A DNA stretch of 64,000 nucleotides, from the NCBI GenBank assembly GCA_049795175.1, contig JBARDN010000252.1, positions 545 to 64,544 on the forward strand. Direction: 5' to 3'. Below are positions 9,553 to 19,519 of the stretch, piece after piece (position 1 is the stretch's first letter; the number at the start of each line of letters is the position of its first letter). The DNA is from Candidatus Binataceae bacterium (GTDB lineage Bacteria; Desulfobacterota; Binatia; Binatales; Binataceae). The position numbers and the translations under genes were made by a program. A model generated the notes under the pieces. That model saw nothing but the letters and a program-made list of their open reading frames with translations. It searched no databases and was not told the DNA's origin.

Positions 9553-10458
9553 GTGAAAGTTTTCAGAACGCCAGACCAACGATTTGCCAACCTGCCGGAT
9601 CTTCCATTCGCACCGCACTACCGCGAAGTAAAAGATTCTGACGGCACGTCGTTGCGGATTCACTATCTGGACGAAGGCTCCGCGAATGCCTCGCCCGTCC
9701 TTCTGATGCATGGTGAGCCGTCGTGGTCCTTCCTTTATCGCAAAGTTATTGCGGGACTCATGGCGAAAGGGCATCGCGCGGTCGCCCCCGATCTGGTCGG
9801 CTTCGGCCGCTCCGACAAGCCGGCAGAGAGATCCGACTACACCTACGAACGTCACGTCCGCTGGATGAGCGATTGGCTGACCGCGCTCGACCTCAAAAAT
9901 ATTACTCTCTTCTGCCAGGACTGGGGCGGATTGATTGGCCTGCGGCTCGTGGCCTCATTCCCCGATCGGTTCGCGCGCGTAGTGGCGGCCAATACGGGCC
10001 TGCCTGTGGGCCTCAGCTTTTCTCCCGCTTTCGAGCAGTGGCTCAACTTCAGCCAGACTGTTCCTGAACTTCCGGTCGGAGAAATCGTGAACATGGGCAC
10101 CACGCGCCGGCTCTCGCCGGCCGAAGTCGAAGCCTACAACGCACCTTTTCCTGAGGAATCCTATAAGGCGGGCGCGCGGATATTTCCCGCGCTCGTGCCG
10201 ATCACTCCCCAGCACGGGTCGGTCGCTGAGAACAAGAGAGCATGGGAGGCGCTCGAGAAATTCGAGAAGCCATTTCTCACAGCCTTTTCGGATTCCGATC
10301 CGGTCACGCATGGTGGTGAAAAGGCGTTTCAGGAGCGCGTGCCAGGAGCGAAAGGACGGCGCCACGTCACGATTGCCGGCGCGGGACACTTTCTGCAGGA
10401 GGATCGACCGGAAGAGGTAACACGAGTCCTGGACGAATTCAGCCGCGGAACGCTGTAG
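9553..10458 (+). CDS. Haloalkane dehalogenase, HLD-I (DhlA-like) alpha/beta hydrolase, 301 aa
   Basis: [25 protein letters not shown], nucleophile elbow QDWGG (Asp plus halide-stabilising Trp) and catalytic His in [10 protein letters not shown]. Near-collinear with Xanthobacter DhlA motifs (HGEPTWSYLYRKMI/QDWGG/AGHFVQE). GTG start with RBS AAGGAGG 7 nt upstream. Confidence 0.85.
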   Translation: MKVFRTPDQRFANLPDLPFAPHYREVKDSDGTSLRIHYLDEGSANASPVLLMHGEPSWSFLYRKVIAGLMAKGHRAVAPDLVGFGRSDKPAERSDYTYERHVRWMSDWLTALDLKNITLFCQDWGGLIGLRLVASFPDRFARVVAANTGLPVGLSFSPAFEQWLNFSQTVPELPVGEIVNMGTTRRLSPAEVEAYNAPFPEESYKAGARIFPALVPITPQHGSVAENKRAWEALEKFEKPFLTAFSDSDPVTHGGEKAFQERVPGAKGRRHVTIAGAGHFLQEDRPEEVTRVLDEFSRGTL

Positions 10459-10470
10459 GAGAAAACGGAA

Positions 10471-10878
10471 GTGAAAATCGAGAATGCACTCTACCCGACG
10501 GCCAAACAGATCGAGGCACTCCGCAACGATCCTTCGCCCAAACCGATCGTGATGCTCAACCTCCTTAAATTTCGAGTCGCGGCGCAGTACCCAGATGGCC
10601 GCAAGAACGATCTTCCGGGCGCGCAGGCGTACGCGATATACGCCGAGGCGATGCGCAAAATCGTCGAGCGTGAGGGTGGAAAATTCCTCTTTGTCGGCGA
10701 CGTAAAGTACCTTGCGATCGGCGAACTCGAAACTGATTGGGACCTCGCGGGCCTCGTTGAATATCCGTCGCCTGCGGCATTTGTGAGGATCGCGACCTCA
10801 TCCGAAGTCGCCGAGATCGGCGTTCATCGCGCGGCCGGCCTCGAGGGTCAACTGCTGATCTGCGTCTCGCAGCGATGA
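10471..10878 (+). CDS. DUF1330 domain protein, 135 aa
   Basis: KPIVMLNLLKFR… and …LAGLVEYPSPAAFV match the DUF1330 pattern. GTG start 13 nt after the dehalogenase stop. Confidence 0.75.
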   Translation: MKIENALYPTAKQIEALRNDPSPKPIVMLNLLKFRVAAQYPDGRKNDLPGAQAYAIYAEAMRKIVEREGGKFLFVGDVKYLAIGELETDWDLAGLVEYPSPAAFVRIATSSEVAEIGVHRAAGLEGQLLICVSQR

Positions 10879-11282
10879 AGGCAGTCATCCGAAATGTTCC
10901 GTGCGTCGTGCTGGGACTGACGATGCTGACGAATTTCAGCCGCGGCTCAATCCACGCCTTCGCGCCGGACGGAGGCGCCCACTCGATCGCGGGTCTCGAT
11001 CTTTCGACTGCGCGCCAGACCATCCTGAGCCTGTTCGCGCTGATGGGCTTTCACCAATTCGTTACGGGAGGGTTTCAGCTTTACGTGCTCGCGCTGCGGC
11101 GCGATCTCGTTCTGCTCGCACTGGTTCTCCAGACGATGGAAACCCTGCTAGGCGTCGTCAATCTGTATTTCTACCGAACCTTGCCGGTGGCCGTGCCGGG
11201 AGCGCCATTCAATGCGGCGGTGCTCGTCGTGCTCGCAGTCGCCGTTTTGATCGCCGCCCGGTCGCCGACCGCTCGTGCTTGA
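10875..11282 (+). CDS. Small hydrophobic membrane protein (hypothetical), 135 aa
   Basis: ATGA start/stop overlap with the DUF1330 gene (translational coupling). Three to four predicted TM helices. No family recognised. Confidence 0.45.
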   Translation: MKAVIRNVPCVVLGLTMLTNFSRGSIHAFAPDGGAHSIAGLDLSTARQTILSLFALMGFHQFVTGGFQLYVLALRRDLVLLALVLQTMETLLGVVNLYFYRTLPVAVPGAPFNAAVLVVLAVAVLIAARSPTARA

Positions 11283-11391
11283 AGTACGCGAATACACAAC
11301 AGAACGTGTCCAGCCCAATCCGCTTTGACAAAAAATTCGATCGGAACTAGCTTGCCCTTTGAGCGTCCACGATCCCGCCCGGAGGCAGCGT

Positions 11392-12390
11392 ATGGAACTC
11401 CGACCATTTGGCAAGACTGGTATTCAAATCTCCGCCGTCGGCTTCGGATGCTGGGAGATTGGCGGCGGCTACGGCAGTATCGAGGAGTCCGAGTTCATCA
11501 AGGCGGTTAATCGCGCGCTCGATCTTGGGATTAACTGCTTCGATACCGCCGAGGCTTATGGCTTCGGCGCGTCGGAAAAATCTCTGGCGAAAGCGCTCGG
11601 CTCGCGCCGCAAGCAAGCCGTCATCACGACCAAGTTCGGCGTCGGCTACCCGGACACGCCCAACTATCGCGAGAGCACGGCCAAGCGCGTCGTCGAGTCG
11701 ATCGACAAAAGCCTCAAGGCGCTCAACACCGACTACGTCGATGCCTACCTGATCCACTGGCCTGATCGAGTAACGCCATTCGAAGAGCCGATGCAGGCGC
11801 TCGACGAGCTGGTCAAGGCCGGCAAGGTCCGGGCGGTCGGCCTGTCGAACTTCAAGCTCAGCGAGATCGAACGCTGCGCGCGCACACGGCGCGTCGACGT
11901 CGTCCAGTACTGCTGGAACATGTTCGATCGCCGCATGCAAAAGGAAATCTTCCCATACTGCCGCGAAAACGGAATCGGCGTGATGGCGTACGGCTCGCTT
12001 GCTTACGGGATGCTGACCGGCACGCTCAGCGAGGAGTCCGCGTTCGAGAAAGGCGACTGGCGCTCGCGCCGCGGCAAGCTCGGCAACATCAACCTGTTTC
12101 AGCATCTTTTTGGCCCCGAGCATTTTCTCAACAATCTCCGCGCGGTCGAGGATCTGAAGGAAATCGCGAAGCGCTACAACAAATCGCTTCCGCAGCTTGC
12201 GCTGCGCTGGACGCTCTCGAATCCCGTCATCAGCACAGCGCTGGTGGGATGCCGAAATCCGCGCGAGGTCGACGACAACGCCGGCGCGCTCGGATGGTCC
12301 ATCTCGGACGCCGATATGAAAGAGATCGACGCGATCTTTGCGCGTCACGGCGCAATCACGATGCCCGAGACGTGGCTCGAGACCGAATAG
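11392..12390 (+). CDS. Aldo/keto reductase family oxidoreductase
   Basis: MELRPFGKTGIQISAVGFGCWEIGG…GINCFDTAEAYG is the AKR signature. RBS GGAGG 6 nt upstream of ATG 11392. The track start at 11359 is an upstream TTG. Confidence 0.9.
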   Translation: MELRPFGKTGIQISAVGFGCWEIGGGYGSIEESEFIKAVNRALDLGINCFDTAEAYGFGASEKSLAKALGSRRKQAVITTKFGVGYPDTPNYRESTAKRVVESIDKSLKALNTDYVDAYLIHWPDRVTPFEEPMQALDELVKAGKVRAVGLSNFKLSEIERCARTRRVDVVQYCWNMFDRRMQKEIFPYCRENGIGVMAYGSLAYGMLTGTLSEESAFEKGDWRSRRGKLGNINLFQHLFGPEHFLNNLRAVEDLKEIAKRYNKSLPQLALRWTLSNPVISTALVGCRNPREVDDNAGALGWSISDADMKEIDAIFARHGAITMPETWLETE

Positions 12391-12435
12391 TCACTTGCTA
12401 TTGAACTGAGTCGCCGCGAATCGCGGAGGTGCAGC

Positions 12436-13836
12436 ATGCCGGTTCAGAAATTTGCTCCGATGACCAAAAATTTTCCGACCTTTGATTGCGATGCTCACGT
12501 GACGGAGCCGCCGTGGCTTTGGGAGCGCGCGAAGGACTGGCTGACCAAAGACGAATACGAAGCGCTCAAAAACACCATTTGGTACGATCCTGAAACCGAC
12601 CAGTTAATAGTCAATGGCAAGGGCGGCGCCGGAATCGGCTCGCAACGGATCGGCGGAGCGGCCGGGATGGTCAACGTGCTGTCGCTTGCGGGCCCCGGGC
12701 TCAAGCACGACATCCAGCGCGCGCTCAACGTCCGCAACCTGAATCCCAAGACCGCGCTCACCAAGGAACAGGCGGAGTATATCGATCACAAAGGTTCCTA
12801 CGAGCCCAAGCCACGCCTGCGCGACATGGATGTGCAGGGAATCGATCAGGTGATGATCATTCCCACCGACATCGATACCTACCCGTGGCTGCTGAACGCC
12901 GTCGGCGCCAAGGCGATGTGCAAGGCGTACAACGAATGGGCCTACGAGTACTGCCAGGAGAATCCCGAGCGGCTCTATTTCGCCGCGATGCTCCCGATGC
13001 AGGATCCAAAATTCGCGGAACAGGAAGTGTATCGCGTCGCGGACAAGGGATGCCGTGTCGGACTGGTGCGGCCGATCGATGCGATGGGTAATTATCCGAT
13101 TCAGCCCAAGTACGAGCGCGTGTGGCGCGCGATGGAAGAGACCGGCGTGGTTTACGGGATGCATCCGTTTCCGGCCTTCGGCTCGCTCAAGCCGCCGGGC
13201 TACACCGAGCAGCATTCAGGCGCCGAGTTGATCTCGCTGACCGCGACCTCGTCGGGGTTGCCGCACTCGTTTCTGATCAACGTGCAGGATTTCCAGGCGG
13301 AAGCATCGCTGTGGGTCGTGATGGTGCTGATGTCGGGATTCTTCGACCGCTTTCCGAAACTGAAGGCAGCGGTGTTCGAGGCGTCATCGACCTGGCTGAG
13401 CTTCGTGCTCGATGAATGCGACAAGAACTACAAGCTCTATCGCAACGAGCGCCGCCTGCGGCCGCTCAAGAAACTGCCGAGCGAGACCTTCTTCGAGCGC
13501 TGCGTGACTGGTTTCGAGGGCGACGAAGCTCCGCCGTCGCGTCTGCCAGAATTTTACGAAAATATCCTGGCCTGGTCGTCGGACGTGTACCATCACGACG
13601 GCGACGACGCATGGCGCGCGATCGATACGATGCGTCAATGCGAGCTGCCGGAGCCGTATCAAGCCAAGTTCCTGGGCGCCAACGCGCGCAAGATGTACCG
13701 GATCGATGCGCCCAAAAAATTTATCGCCGATCGCGTCACCGAAATCGAACGTCCGGACTGGTGGCCGAGCGAGGAAGAAATCAAGCAGTCGCTCAAGCCC
13801 GAGGCGTCGGTCAGACGGCAGATGCCTCCGCGATAA
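12436..13836 (+). CDS. Amidohydrolase-2 (PF04909, ACMSD/LigW-like metal-dependent hydrolase/decarboxylase) family protein, 466 aa
   Basis: N-terminal FDCDAHVTEPP motif, TIM-barrel size, RBS GGAGG. Confidence 0.78.
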   Translation: MPVQKFAPMTKNFPTFDCDAHVTEPPWLWERAKDWLTKDEYEALKNTIWYDPETDQLIVNGKGGAGIGSQRIGGAAGMVNVLSLAGPGLKHDIQRALNVRNLNPKTALTKEQAEYIDHKGSYEPKPRLRDMDVQGIDQVMIIPTDIDTYPWLLNAVGAKAMCKAYNEWAYEYCQENPERLYFAAMLPMQDPKFAEQEVYRVADKGCRVGLVRPIDAMGNYPIQPKYERVWRAMEETGVVYGMHPFPAFGSLKPPGYTEQHSGAELISLTATSSGLPHSFLINVQDFQAEASLWVVMVLMSGFFDRFPKLKAAVFEASSTWLSFVLDECDKNYKLYRNERRLRPLKKLPSETFFERCVTGFEGDEAPPSRLPEFYENILAWSSDVYHHDGDDAWRAIDTMRQCELPEPYQAKFLGANARKMYRIDAPKKFIADRVTEIERPDWWPSEEEIKQSLKPEASVRRQMPPR

Positions 13837-13862
13837 CAACGTAGGCGGGACAGAGGACGACC

Positions 13863-15152
13863 ATGGCGAACAAGCGGATTGCAGTTTTTGACAGCGACTC
13901 GCACGTGGTCGAGCCGCCGGAGTTGTGGAGCAAATACCTTGATCCCGAATTTCGCACACTCGGAAAAATCGCTCTGTGGCGCGAAGACGGCAAGCTCGGC
14001 TCGTACCTCAAAGTCAACGGCAAAGTTTTCCGCGACCCGATGAACTCGAACATCCCCCGCCATGCGATCTGGCGTCCCGGGATGACTTGGGACAAGGTCG
14101 GCGAGCTCGATCCTGACACTCGCCACGCGGCGAGCGCGGGCGCATCGAACGCGGATGCGCGCTTGCGCGACATGGATGCGATGGGCGTCGATCAGGCGCT
14201 GCTCTATCCGACCTGGTTCGCCGAGGGCTTCCACCTGATCGAGGATCCCGATATCGCGTACGCGCTCGCACGCGCATACAACGACTGGATCGCTGATTTC
14301 TGCAAGGCCGCGCCGCACCGGCTGTTCGCCGCGTCGATGGTTCCGCTGCAGAACATGGACTACGCGGTCGAGGAGCTTCGCCGCACCGCGAAGATTCCGT
14401 GTTTTCGCGCCGCGTTCATCCGGCCGATGTTTCTCGAGGGCCACTACTTCACGCATCCGATCTATGATCCGCTGTGGGCGGAGCTCGAGCGCCTCGGCAC
14501 GACCGTCGCGGTGCATCCCGCGACGGGTCTCTGGAATCCCGAATGGACTTCGCACGGTCCCTTCTTCGAAAAAATTAAGACGCGCCTGAACCATCGTGCA
14601 TTTTCCACCGCGGGCGGAGCCGGCCCTGCCGCCGGCGGCGGCTCGGATATAACGTTCGGCTTCACCGCGTCGCCGCCGCTGGGCCATCCGATCGCGCAGA
14701 TCCTGGCGCCGTGGCTGGACAACCACATGTTCGTTGCATCGACGCTGATCGGATTCACGGTGATGCAGCGGTATCCGAACATGAAGATGGTGGTGGCGCA
14801 CGGCAAGGCCTCCTGGATGGAAGAGGTGCTGGAGAAGATGGAAGCGTCGACGCGTACGATTCCGCTGCTGCACTACTATCCCGTGAGAACCGATACCGAA
14901 GAGATGTGGGAAGAGGGCAAGATCATGCTCGGCTTCGACGCCGAGGAGCGCTTGATCCAGAAACTCCCGAACGACTTCGCCGAGAAAATCGTCTGGGGCT
15001 CGCGCTATCCGCATCACGACACAACCAGCGCGCATGAGGCGATCGCGGCGCTGGTGGCGGCTCGTGTCGAAGAGCCAACGATCGCCAGAATGCTGGGCGG
15101 CAACGCCGCAGAGCAATTCGGCGTCACACTGCCGCAAACCGCCGGTGCGTAA
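13863..15152 (+). CDS. Amidohydrolase-2 family protein (paralog of the preceding gene), 429 aa
   Basis: N-terminal FDSDSHVVEPP motif. RBS AGAGGA. 27-nt gap after the previous gene. Confidence 0.78.
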   Translation: MANKRIAVFDSDSHVVEPPELWSKYLDPEFRTLGKIALWREDGKLGSYLKVNGKVFRDPMNSNIPRHAIWRPGMTWDKVGELDPDTRHAASAGASNADARLRDMDAMGVDQALLYPTWFAEGFHLIEDPDIAYALARAYNDWIADFCKAAPHRLFAASMVPLQNMDYAVEELRRTAKIPCFRAAFIRPMFLEGHYFTHPIYDPLWAELERLGTTVAVHPATGLWNPEWTSHGPFFEKIKTRLNHRAFSTAGGAGPAAGGGSDITFGFTASPPLGHPIAQILAPWLDNHMFVASTLIGFTVMQRYPNMKMVVAHGKASWMEEVLEKMEASTRTIPLLHYYPVRTDTEEMWEEGKIMLGFDAEERLIQKLPNDFAEKIVWGSRYPHHDTTSAHEAIAALVAARVEEPTIARMLGGNAAEQFGVTLPQTAGA

Positions 15153-15226
15153 GGACGGATTTCTCAGTCTGTAACGCGCCATTTCGATGCGATCCGCGTT
15201 GTGAATGAATGCAGAGGCAGTGAAGC

Positions 15227-16393
15227 ATGGATTTCGATCTAAACGAGCAGCAGCAGGAAATCGTCAGGCAGGTCCGCACCTTGTGCGCCAATTTTCCCGA
15301 CGAGTACTGGCGCGAGAGAGATCGCAAGGCGGAATTCCCGAATGAGTTTTTCCGTGCGGTCGCGGAAGCTGGTTATTTGGGAGTGGCTATTCCCGAAGAG
15401 TATGGCGGCAGCGGGCTGGGCGTGACCGAAGCCGCGCTGGTGCTGCTCGAGGTGGCAGCCTCTGGCGGCGCGATGGCCGCGGCGAGCTCGATCCATCTTT
15501 CGATCTTTGGCGTGAGCCCGCTGGTGCATCACGGCACCGAGGAGCAGAAGCGCCGCTACCTGCCAAAGGTGGTGCGCGGTGAGATCCATGTAGCGTTCGC
15601 GGTGACCGAGCCTGACGCCGGCAACGACATCACGCATATCAAGACCGCCGCGCGCCGGGACGGAGATTGCTACGTGTTAAACGGCCGCAAGGTTTTCACA
15701 ACCAAGGCGCGCGAAGCGAGCAAGATGCTGATCCTGACGCGCACCACGCCATTCGAGCAGGTCAAGCGCAAGACCGATGGGATGAGCCTGTTCTTCGCGG
15801 ATCTCGATCCCTCGGCCGTCGAAGTCCGCGAGCTGGAAAAGCTGGGGCGCGCGGCGGTCGATACCAACATGCTTTTTGTCGACAATCTGCGCGTCCCGGT
15901 GAGCGACCTCGTAGGCGAAGAAGGGCGCGGCTTTCAATGCCTGCTTGACGGGCTCAATCCGGAACGCATCCTGGTCGCCGCGGAAGCGATAGGGATTGGA
16001 CGCGTCGCGATCACGAAAGCAATCCGCTATGCGAAGGAACGCATCGTTTTTGATCGTCCGATCGGAAAGAACCAGGCAATCGCGCATCCGCTGGCTGATT
16101 CATATACCAAACTGGAAGCGGCGGAACTGATGATGCTTCGCGCGGCGACTCTTTATGATCGGGGCAGACCGTGTGGCGGCGAGGCTAACGCCGCCAAGCT
16201 TCGCGCTGCCGACGCCGGATTTGAAGCCTGCGATCGCGCGGTCCAAACCCTCGGCGGATACGGATATATCCGCGACTACGACGTTGAGCGGTATTTCCGC
16301 GAATGCCGCTTGACGAAAATTGCGCCGGTGTCGCAGGAGATGGCGCTAAATTCGATCTGTGAACACGTGCTTGGCCTGCCACGCTCGTATTAG
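15227..16393 (+). CDS. Acyl-CoA dehydrogenase family protein, 388 aa
   Basis: Full-length ACAD architecture (…AEAGYLGVAIPEEYGGSGLGV…; C-terminal …QTLGGYGYIRDYDVERYFRECRL…). Confidence 0.9.
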   Translation: MDFDLNEQQQEIVRQVRTLCANFPDEYWRERDRKAEFPNEFFRAVAEAGYLGVAIPEEYGGSGLGVTEAALVLLEVAASGGAMAAASSIHLSIFGVSPLVHHGTEEQKRRYLPKVVRGEIHVAFAVTEPDAGNDITHIKTAARRDGDCYVLNGRKVFTTKAREASKMLILTRTTPFEQVKRKTDGMSLFFADLDPSAVEVRELEKLGRAAVDTNMLFVDNLRVPVSDLVGEEGRGFQCLLDGLNPERILVAAEAIGIGRVAITKAIRYAKERIVFDRPIGKNQAIAHPLADSYTKLEAAELMMLRAATLYDRGRPCGGEANAAKLRAADAGFEACDRAVQTLGGYGYIRDYDVERYFRECRLTKIAPVSQEMALNSICEHVLGLPRSY

Positions 16394-16429
16394 TGCAACC
16401 TCATAAAGGCTCAACAAAGGAGTAATCCG

Positions 16430-17554
16430 ATGCATGTAGGCTATGGAGTCGCCTTTCAGAATCCTCACAATACTATTTCCGATGCCGAGGTCTATCGCAA
16501 CGAACTGAGGTTATGCGAGATGGCCGAGCCGCTCGGCTTCGATTCGGTATGGTCGGTCGAGCATCACTTCGACGACTACACGATGTGCCCGGATGTGCTG
16601 CAGTTCCTCGCATACATGGCCGGCAAGACCAGCAAGGTGCAGTTGGGTTCGATGGTCGTGGTGTTGCCGTGGCACGATCCGGTTCGCGTCGCGGAGCAAA
16701 TCTCAGTGCTCGATCATATTTCAAATGGTCGTTTCATATTGGGACTCGGCCGCGGTCTGGCGCGAATTGAGTACGAGGGATTCCGTCTCGATCAGAATGA
16801 AGGACGAAACCTGTTCGTCGAGTATGCCGAGCTCGTGCTGAACGCCCTCGAGACCGGCTACATGGAAGGCGGCAAGTACACCAGGCAACCGCGCCGCGAC
16901 ATCCGGCCGTTCCCCGCACGCTCATTCAAAGGACGGACTTACGCGGCAGCGGTGTCTCCCGAATCGATGCCGATTATGGCGAAGCTCGGTGTGGGACTTC
17001 TGGTTATTCCGCAGAAGCCATGGGAGGCCGTCAAAAAGGACTTCGAGATTTACCATAAGGTCTGGCGCGAGGTTAACGGCGCCGCGCCGGCGCCAAAACC
17101 TCTGTCGGGAGGATTCTGTTTCGTTGACGAGAACAAAGATCGCGCCGAAGAAATGGCGATGAAATGGATATCGGACTATTACCACACCGCGATGCGCCAT
17201 TACGAAATGACCTCGCAGCAATTCGGATCTCACAAGAGTTACGAGTTTTATAGCAACGTTGGAAAGTACATCGCGAAACATGGACTCGATAGCGCGGCGG
17301 CGGATTTTGCCAAGCTGATGCCGTGGGGAACGCCGGACCAGGTGCTCGAGAAAATCCAGTTCATCAAGGACACGATCGATGCGAAAGGAGTGATGCTGAA
17401 CTTCAGCTACGCCGGCATGCCGGTCGCCGAGGCCGAGCGCAACCTCAAGTGCTTTGCGAAACACGTGCTGCCGGAATTGAAGAAGATGAAAACCGAAGCG
17501 CTCGCCGAGCCGGTGTCACTGCCAATGCCACAGAGGAGCGCGCAGGCGCGCTGA
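16430..17554 (+). CDS. LLM-class (luciferase-like) flavin-dependent oxidoreductase, 374 aa
   Basis: …[12 protein letters not shown]… and …[13 protein letters not shown]… motifs. RBS AAGGAG 7 nt upstream. Confidence 0.85.
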   Translation: MHVGYGVAFQNPHNTISDAEVYRNELRLCEMAEPLGFDSVWSVEHHFDDYTMCPDVLQFLAYMAGKTSKVQLGSMVVVLPWHDPVRVAEQISVLDHISNGRFILGLGRGLARIEYEGFRLDQNEGRNLFVEYAELVLNALETGYMEGGKYTRQPRRDIRPFPARSFKGRTYAAAVSPESMPIMAKLGVGLLVIPQKPWEAVKKDFEIYHKVWREVNGAAPAPKPLSGGFCFVDENKDRAEEMAMKWISDYYHTAMRHYEMTSQQFGSHKSYEFYSNVGKYIAKHGLDSAAADFAKLMPWGTPDQVLEKIQFIKDTIDAKGVMLNFSYAGMPVAEAERNLKCFAKHVLPELKKMKTEALAEPVSLPMPQRSAQAR

Positions 17555-17559
17555 TCTAT

Positions 17560-18015
17560 ATGGCTGGACTTTTCTTCGAGGATTTTTATGACGGGCAAAC
17601 CTTCAAGCACGCGATCACCAGGACCATCACGGAGACCGACAATGTGCTGTTCACTGCGCTGACGCACAATCCGCAGCCGCTGCATCTCGACGCCGAGTTT
17701 GCGAAGACGACGGAGTTCGGGCGGCCGCTCGTCAACAGCATCTTCACCCTGGGCCTGATGATCGGCGTCTCGGTCGGCGACACTACTCTCGGTACGACAG
17801 TCGCCAATCTCGGCATGACCGATGTCGTGTTTCCCAAGCCGGTTTTTCATGGCGACACTCTCCATTCCGAAACCAGCGTGCTCGAGAAGCGCGAGAGCCG
17901 CTCGCGCAAGGACGCCGGAATCGTCCTGTTCGAGCATCGATGCATCAACCAGCGCGGCGAGGAAGTCGCGCGATGCAAACGCTCGGCGCTGATGCGCAAG
18001 CGGCCGGCGCAATGA
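17560..18015 (+). CDS. MaoC-like (R)-specific enoyl-CoA hydratase/dehydratase, hot-dog fold, 151 aa
   Basis: [17 protein letters not shown]… hot-dog pattern. ATG at 17560 is 6 nt after the LLM stop. The track ORF 17323 is an out-of-frame upstream extension overlapping the LLM gene. Confidence 0.8.
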   Translation: MAGLFFEDFYDGQTFKHAITRTITETDNVLFTALTHNPQPLHLDAEFAKTTEFGRPLVNSIFTLGLMIGVSVGDTTLGTTVANLGMTDVVFPKPVFHGDTLHSETSVLEKRESRSRKDAGIVLFEHRCINQRGEEVARCKRSALMRKRPAQ

Positions 18016-18890
18016 GTCTTCGTTCGATGCTGTTCGTGCCGGGCGACAGCGAGCGCAAGCTTGGCAAGGTCGCGGGCGGTCCGGCGGACGCGCTCATCCT
18101 CGACCTCGAGGATTCCGTCGCCAAGGATCGGCTGCCACTGGCGCGCGGTATCATCGGGGAGTATCTGAAATCCTCGCGCGGCAGTGCGCGCGCGCAGCAA
18201 TTGTGGGTACGGATCAATCCGCTCTCGACCGCCGACGCCCTGCCGGACCTCGCCGCGATCGTCGGTGGCGCTCCCGATGGTATCGTCGTTCCGAAAACCA
18301 ATTCGGGCGCCGATGCCACTTTGCTCGGTCATTACCTGACCGCGCTCGAGGCGCGCGAGGAAGTTGAGGCCGGCAGCATCCGCATTCTCGCGGTGGCGAC
18401 CGAAACTCCCACCGCGATGTTCACGCTCGGAAGCTTCGCGGGATCGACGCCACGGCTGTACGGCATGACGTGGGGCGCCGAGGATTTGCCGGCGGCGGTG
18501 GGAGCATCAACCAACCTCGACGACTCCGGCAATCTCGATTTTACCTATCAGCTCGCGCGATCGTTGTGCCTGCTGGCTGCTACCGCGGCAGGCGTCGAGC
18601 CGCTCGATACCGTGTACACTGATTTTCGCGACGCCACCGGTCTCCTGAAGAACGCACAGGCAGCGCGCCGCGCGGGCTTCACCGGCAAGATCGCGATTCA
18701 TCCGGACCAGGTGGAAATCATCAACCAGGCATTTACGCCCTCGGCCGAAGAGGTCGCGTACGCCAAGCGAGTGATCGATGCCTTCGCCCCCGGGTCGGGC
18801 ACGGTGGGACTTGATGGCAAGATGCTCGACATGCCGCACCTCAAACAGGCGCACCGAATCCTGGCGATAGCGAAGCAGCGATTGGTTTGA
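18012..18890 (+). CDS. HpcH/HpaI aldolase / citrate-lyase beta (CitE)-like acyl-CoA lyase, 292 aa
   Basis: [15 protein letters not shown]…[12 protein letters not shown] is the CitE family signature. ATG 18012 overlaps the MaoC stop (ATGA). Confidence 0.8.
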   Translation: MSLRSMLFVPGDSERKLGKVAGGPADALILDLEDSVAKDRLPLARGIIGEYLKSSRGSARAQQLWVRINPLSTADALPDLAAIVGGAPDGIVVPKTNSGADATLLGHYLTALEAREEVEAGSIRILAVATETPTAMFTLGSFAGSTPRLYGMTWGAEDLPAAVGASTNLDDSGNLDFTYQLARSLCLLAATAAGVEPLDTVYTDFRDATGLLKNAQAARRAGFTGKIAIHPDQVEIINQAFTPSAEEVAYAKRVIDAFAPGSGTVGLDGKMLDMPHLKQAHRILAIAKQRLV

Positions 18891-18963
18891 TAGCCAGACG
18901 ACGCAAAGGACACCCGCCCGATGGCGAATGTCCTTGCGTTATTGAGTGATGGGATCGGCAACC

Positions 18964-19500
18964 TTACTTGGTTTTGTTATTCGATGACTTCTGATCGGAG
19001 TCGGTTGACAGGTGATATTTCAGATTTTGCGCCATCGACAAGTGCGCCTGAAGTATCGGAAGCGTCTGCTGAATGTATATCTCAACATTGGGGTCGCCCT
19101 TGAAGCCGCGTTCGGCAGCTTTGAACGTGCTGAGAGCCGCCTTATGCCCAGCGATCTGGTCGTCGAGATATGCAGCATTGAAATCGCCGCCGTTCAGATC
19201 TTTGAGCTTGCTATTTTCGCCTTTCGAGGCGTCGGTGCCTTCGAGTTTCACGTTGCGCTGTCGTGAGAGTGCGGAGACCGCATCCTCGTTCGCTTCGTGA
19301 TCGCCGCGGATGGTTTCCGCATACGTCAGCATCGCCTGATTGTCGCCCGCCTTGTCTTTGGCGATCTTGGCTGTCGCCACTTCCTCGTAATTCATCTGGT
19401 TGGCATTGTTCAGAAGCGTCCCGAGGTCTTGAGCCGAAGCAGCTCCGGCAAAGATAAACAAGAGCATTCCGATCCCGAGCGGTACGATTCTTTTGATCAT
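18964..19500 (-). CDS. DUF4142 domain (periplasmic, ferritin-like four-helix) protein, 178 aa with signal peptide
   Basis: Start ATG 19500 (MIKRIVPLGIGMLLFIFAGAASAQD, signal peptide) with RBS AAGGGA. The …RGDHEANEDAVSAL… and …LPILQAHLSMAQ… spacing is typical of DUF4142. The track's longer ORF to 19692 is a TTG extension that overlaps the metallothionein gene in another frame. Confidence 0.7.
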   Translation of the reverse strand: MIKRIVPLGIGMLLFIFAGAASAQDLGTLLNNANQMNYEEVATAKIAKDKAGDNQAMLTYAETIRGDHEANEDAVSALSRQRNVKLEGTDASKGENSKLKDLNGGDFNAAYLDDQIAGHKAALSTFKAAERGFKGDPNVEIYIQQTLPILQAHLSMAQNLKYHLSTDSDQKSSNNKTK

Positions 19501-19519
19501 ATGATATTCCCTTTGGGAG

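Noticed and set aside
11347-12348. 333-aa minus-strand ORF antisense to the aldo/keto reductase gene
   Set aside because: Arg/Ala-rich low-complexity translation typical of antisense frames in high-GC DNA. The plus-strand frame has clear AKR motifs and a strong RBS.
13659-15182. 507-aa minus-strand ORF spanning the second amidohydrolase gene
   Set aside because: Arg-rich shadow ORF (RRRRGEAER…) with no family resemblance. The plus-strand amidohydrolase-2 gene explains the region.
17323-17559. Track ORF start at 17323 giving a 230-aa MaoC protein that overlaps the LLM gene
   Set aside because: The first 79 residues are the Arg/Gly-rich out-of-frame read-through of the LLM coding region. The conserved MaoC N-terminus begins at ATG 17560, just after the LLM stop.
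18891-18963. Imperfect inverted repeat CGCAAAGGAC-N17-GTCCTTGCG between the convergent CitE-like and DUF4142 genes, considered as a bidirectional terminator
   Set aside because: The stem has a bulge, the loop is long (17 nt) and no U-tract follows on either strand. Insufficient evidence to call a terminator.
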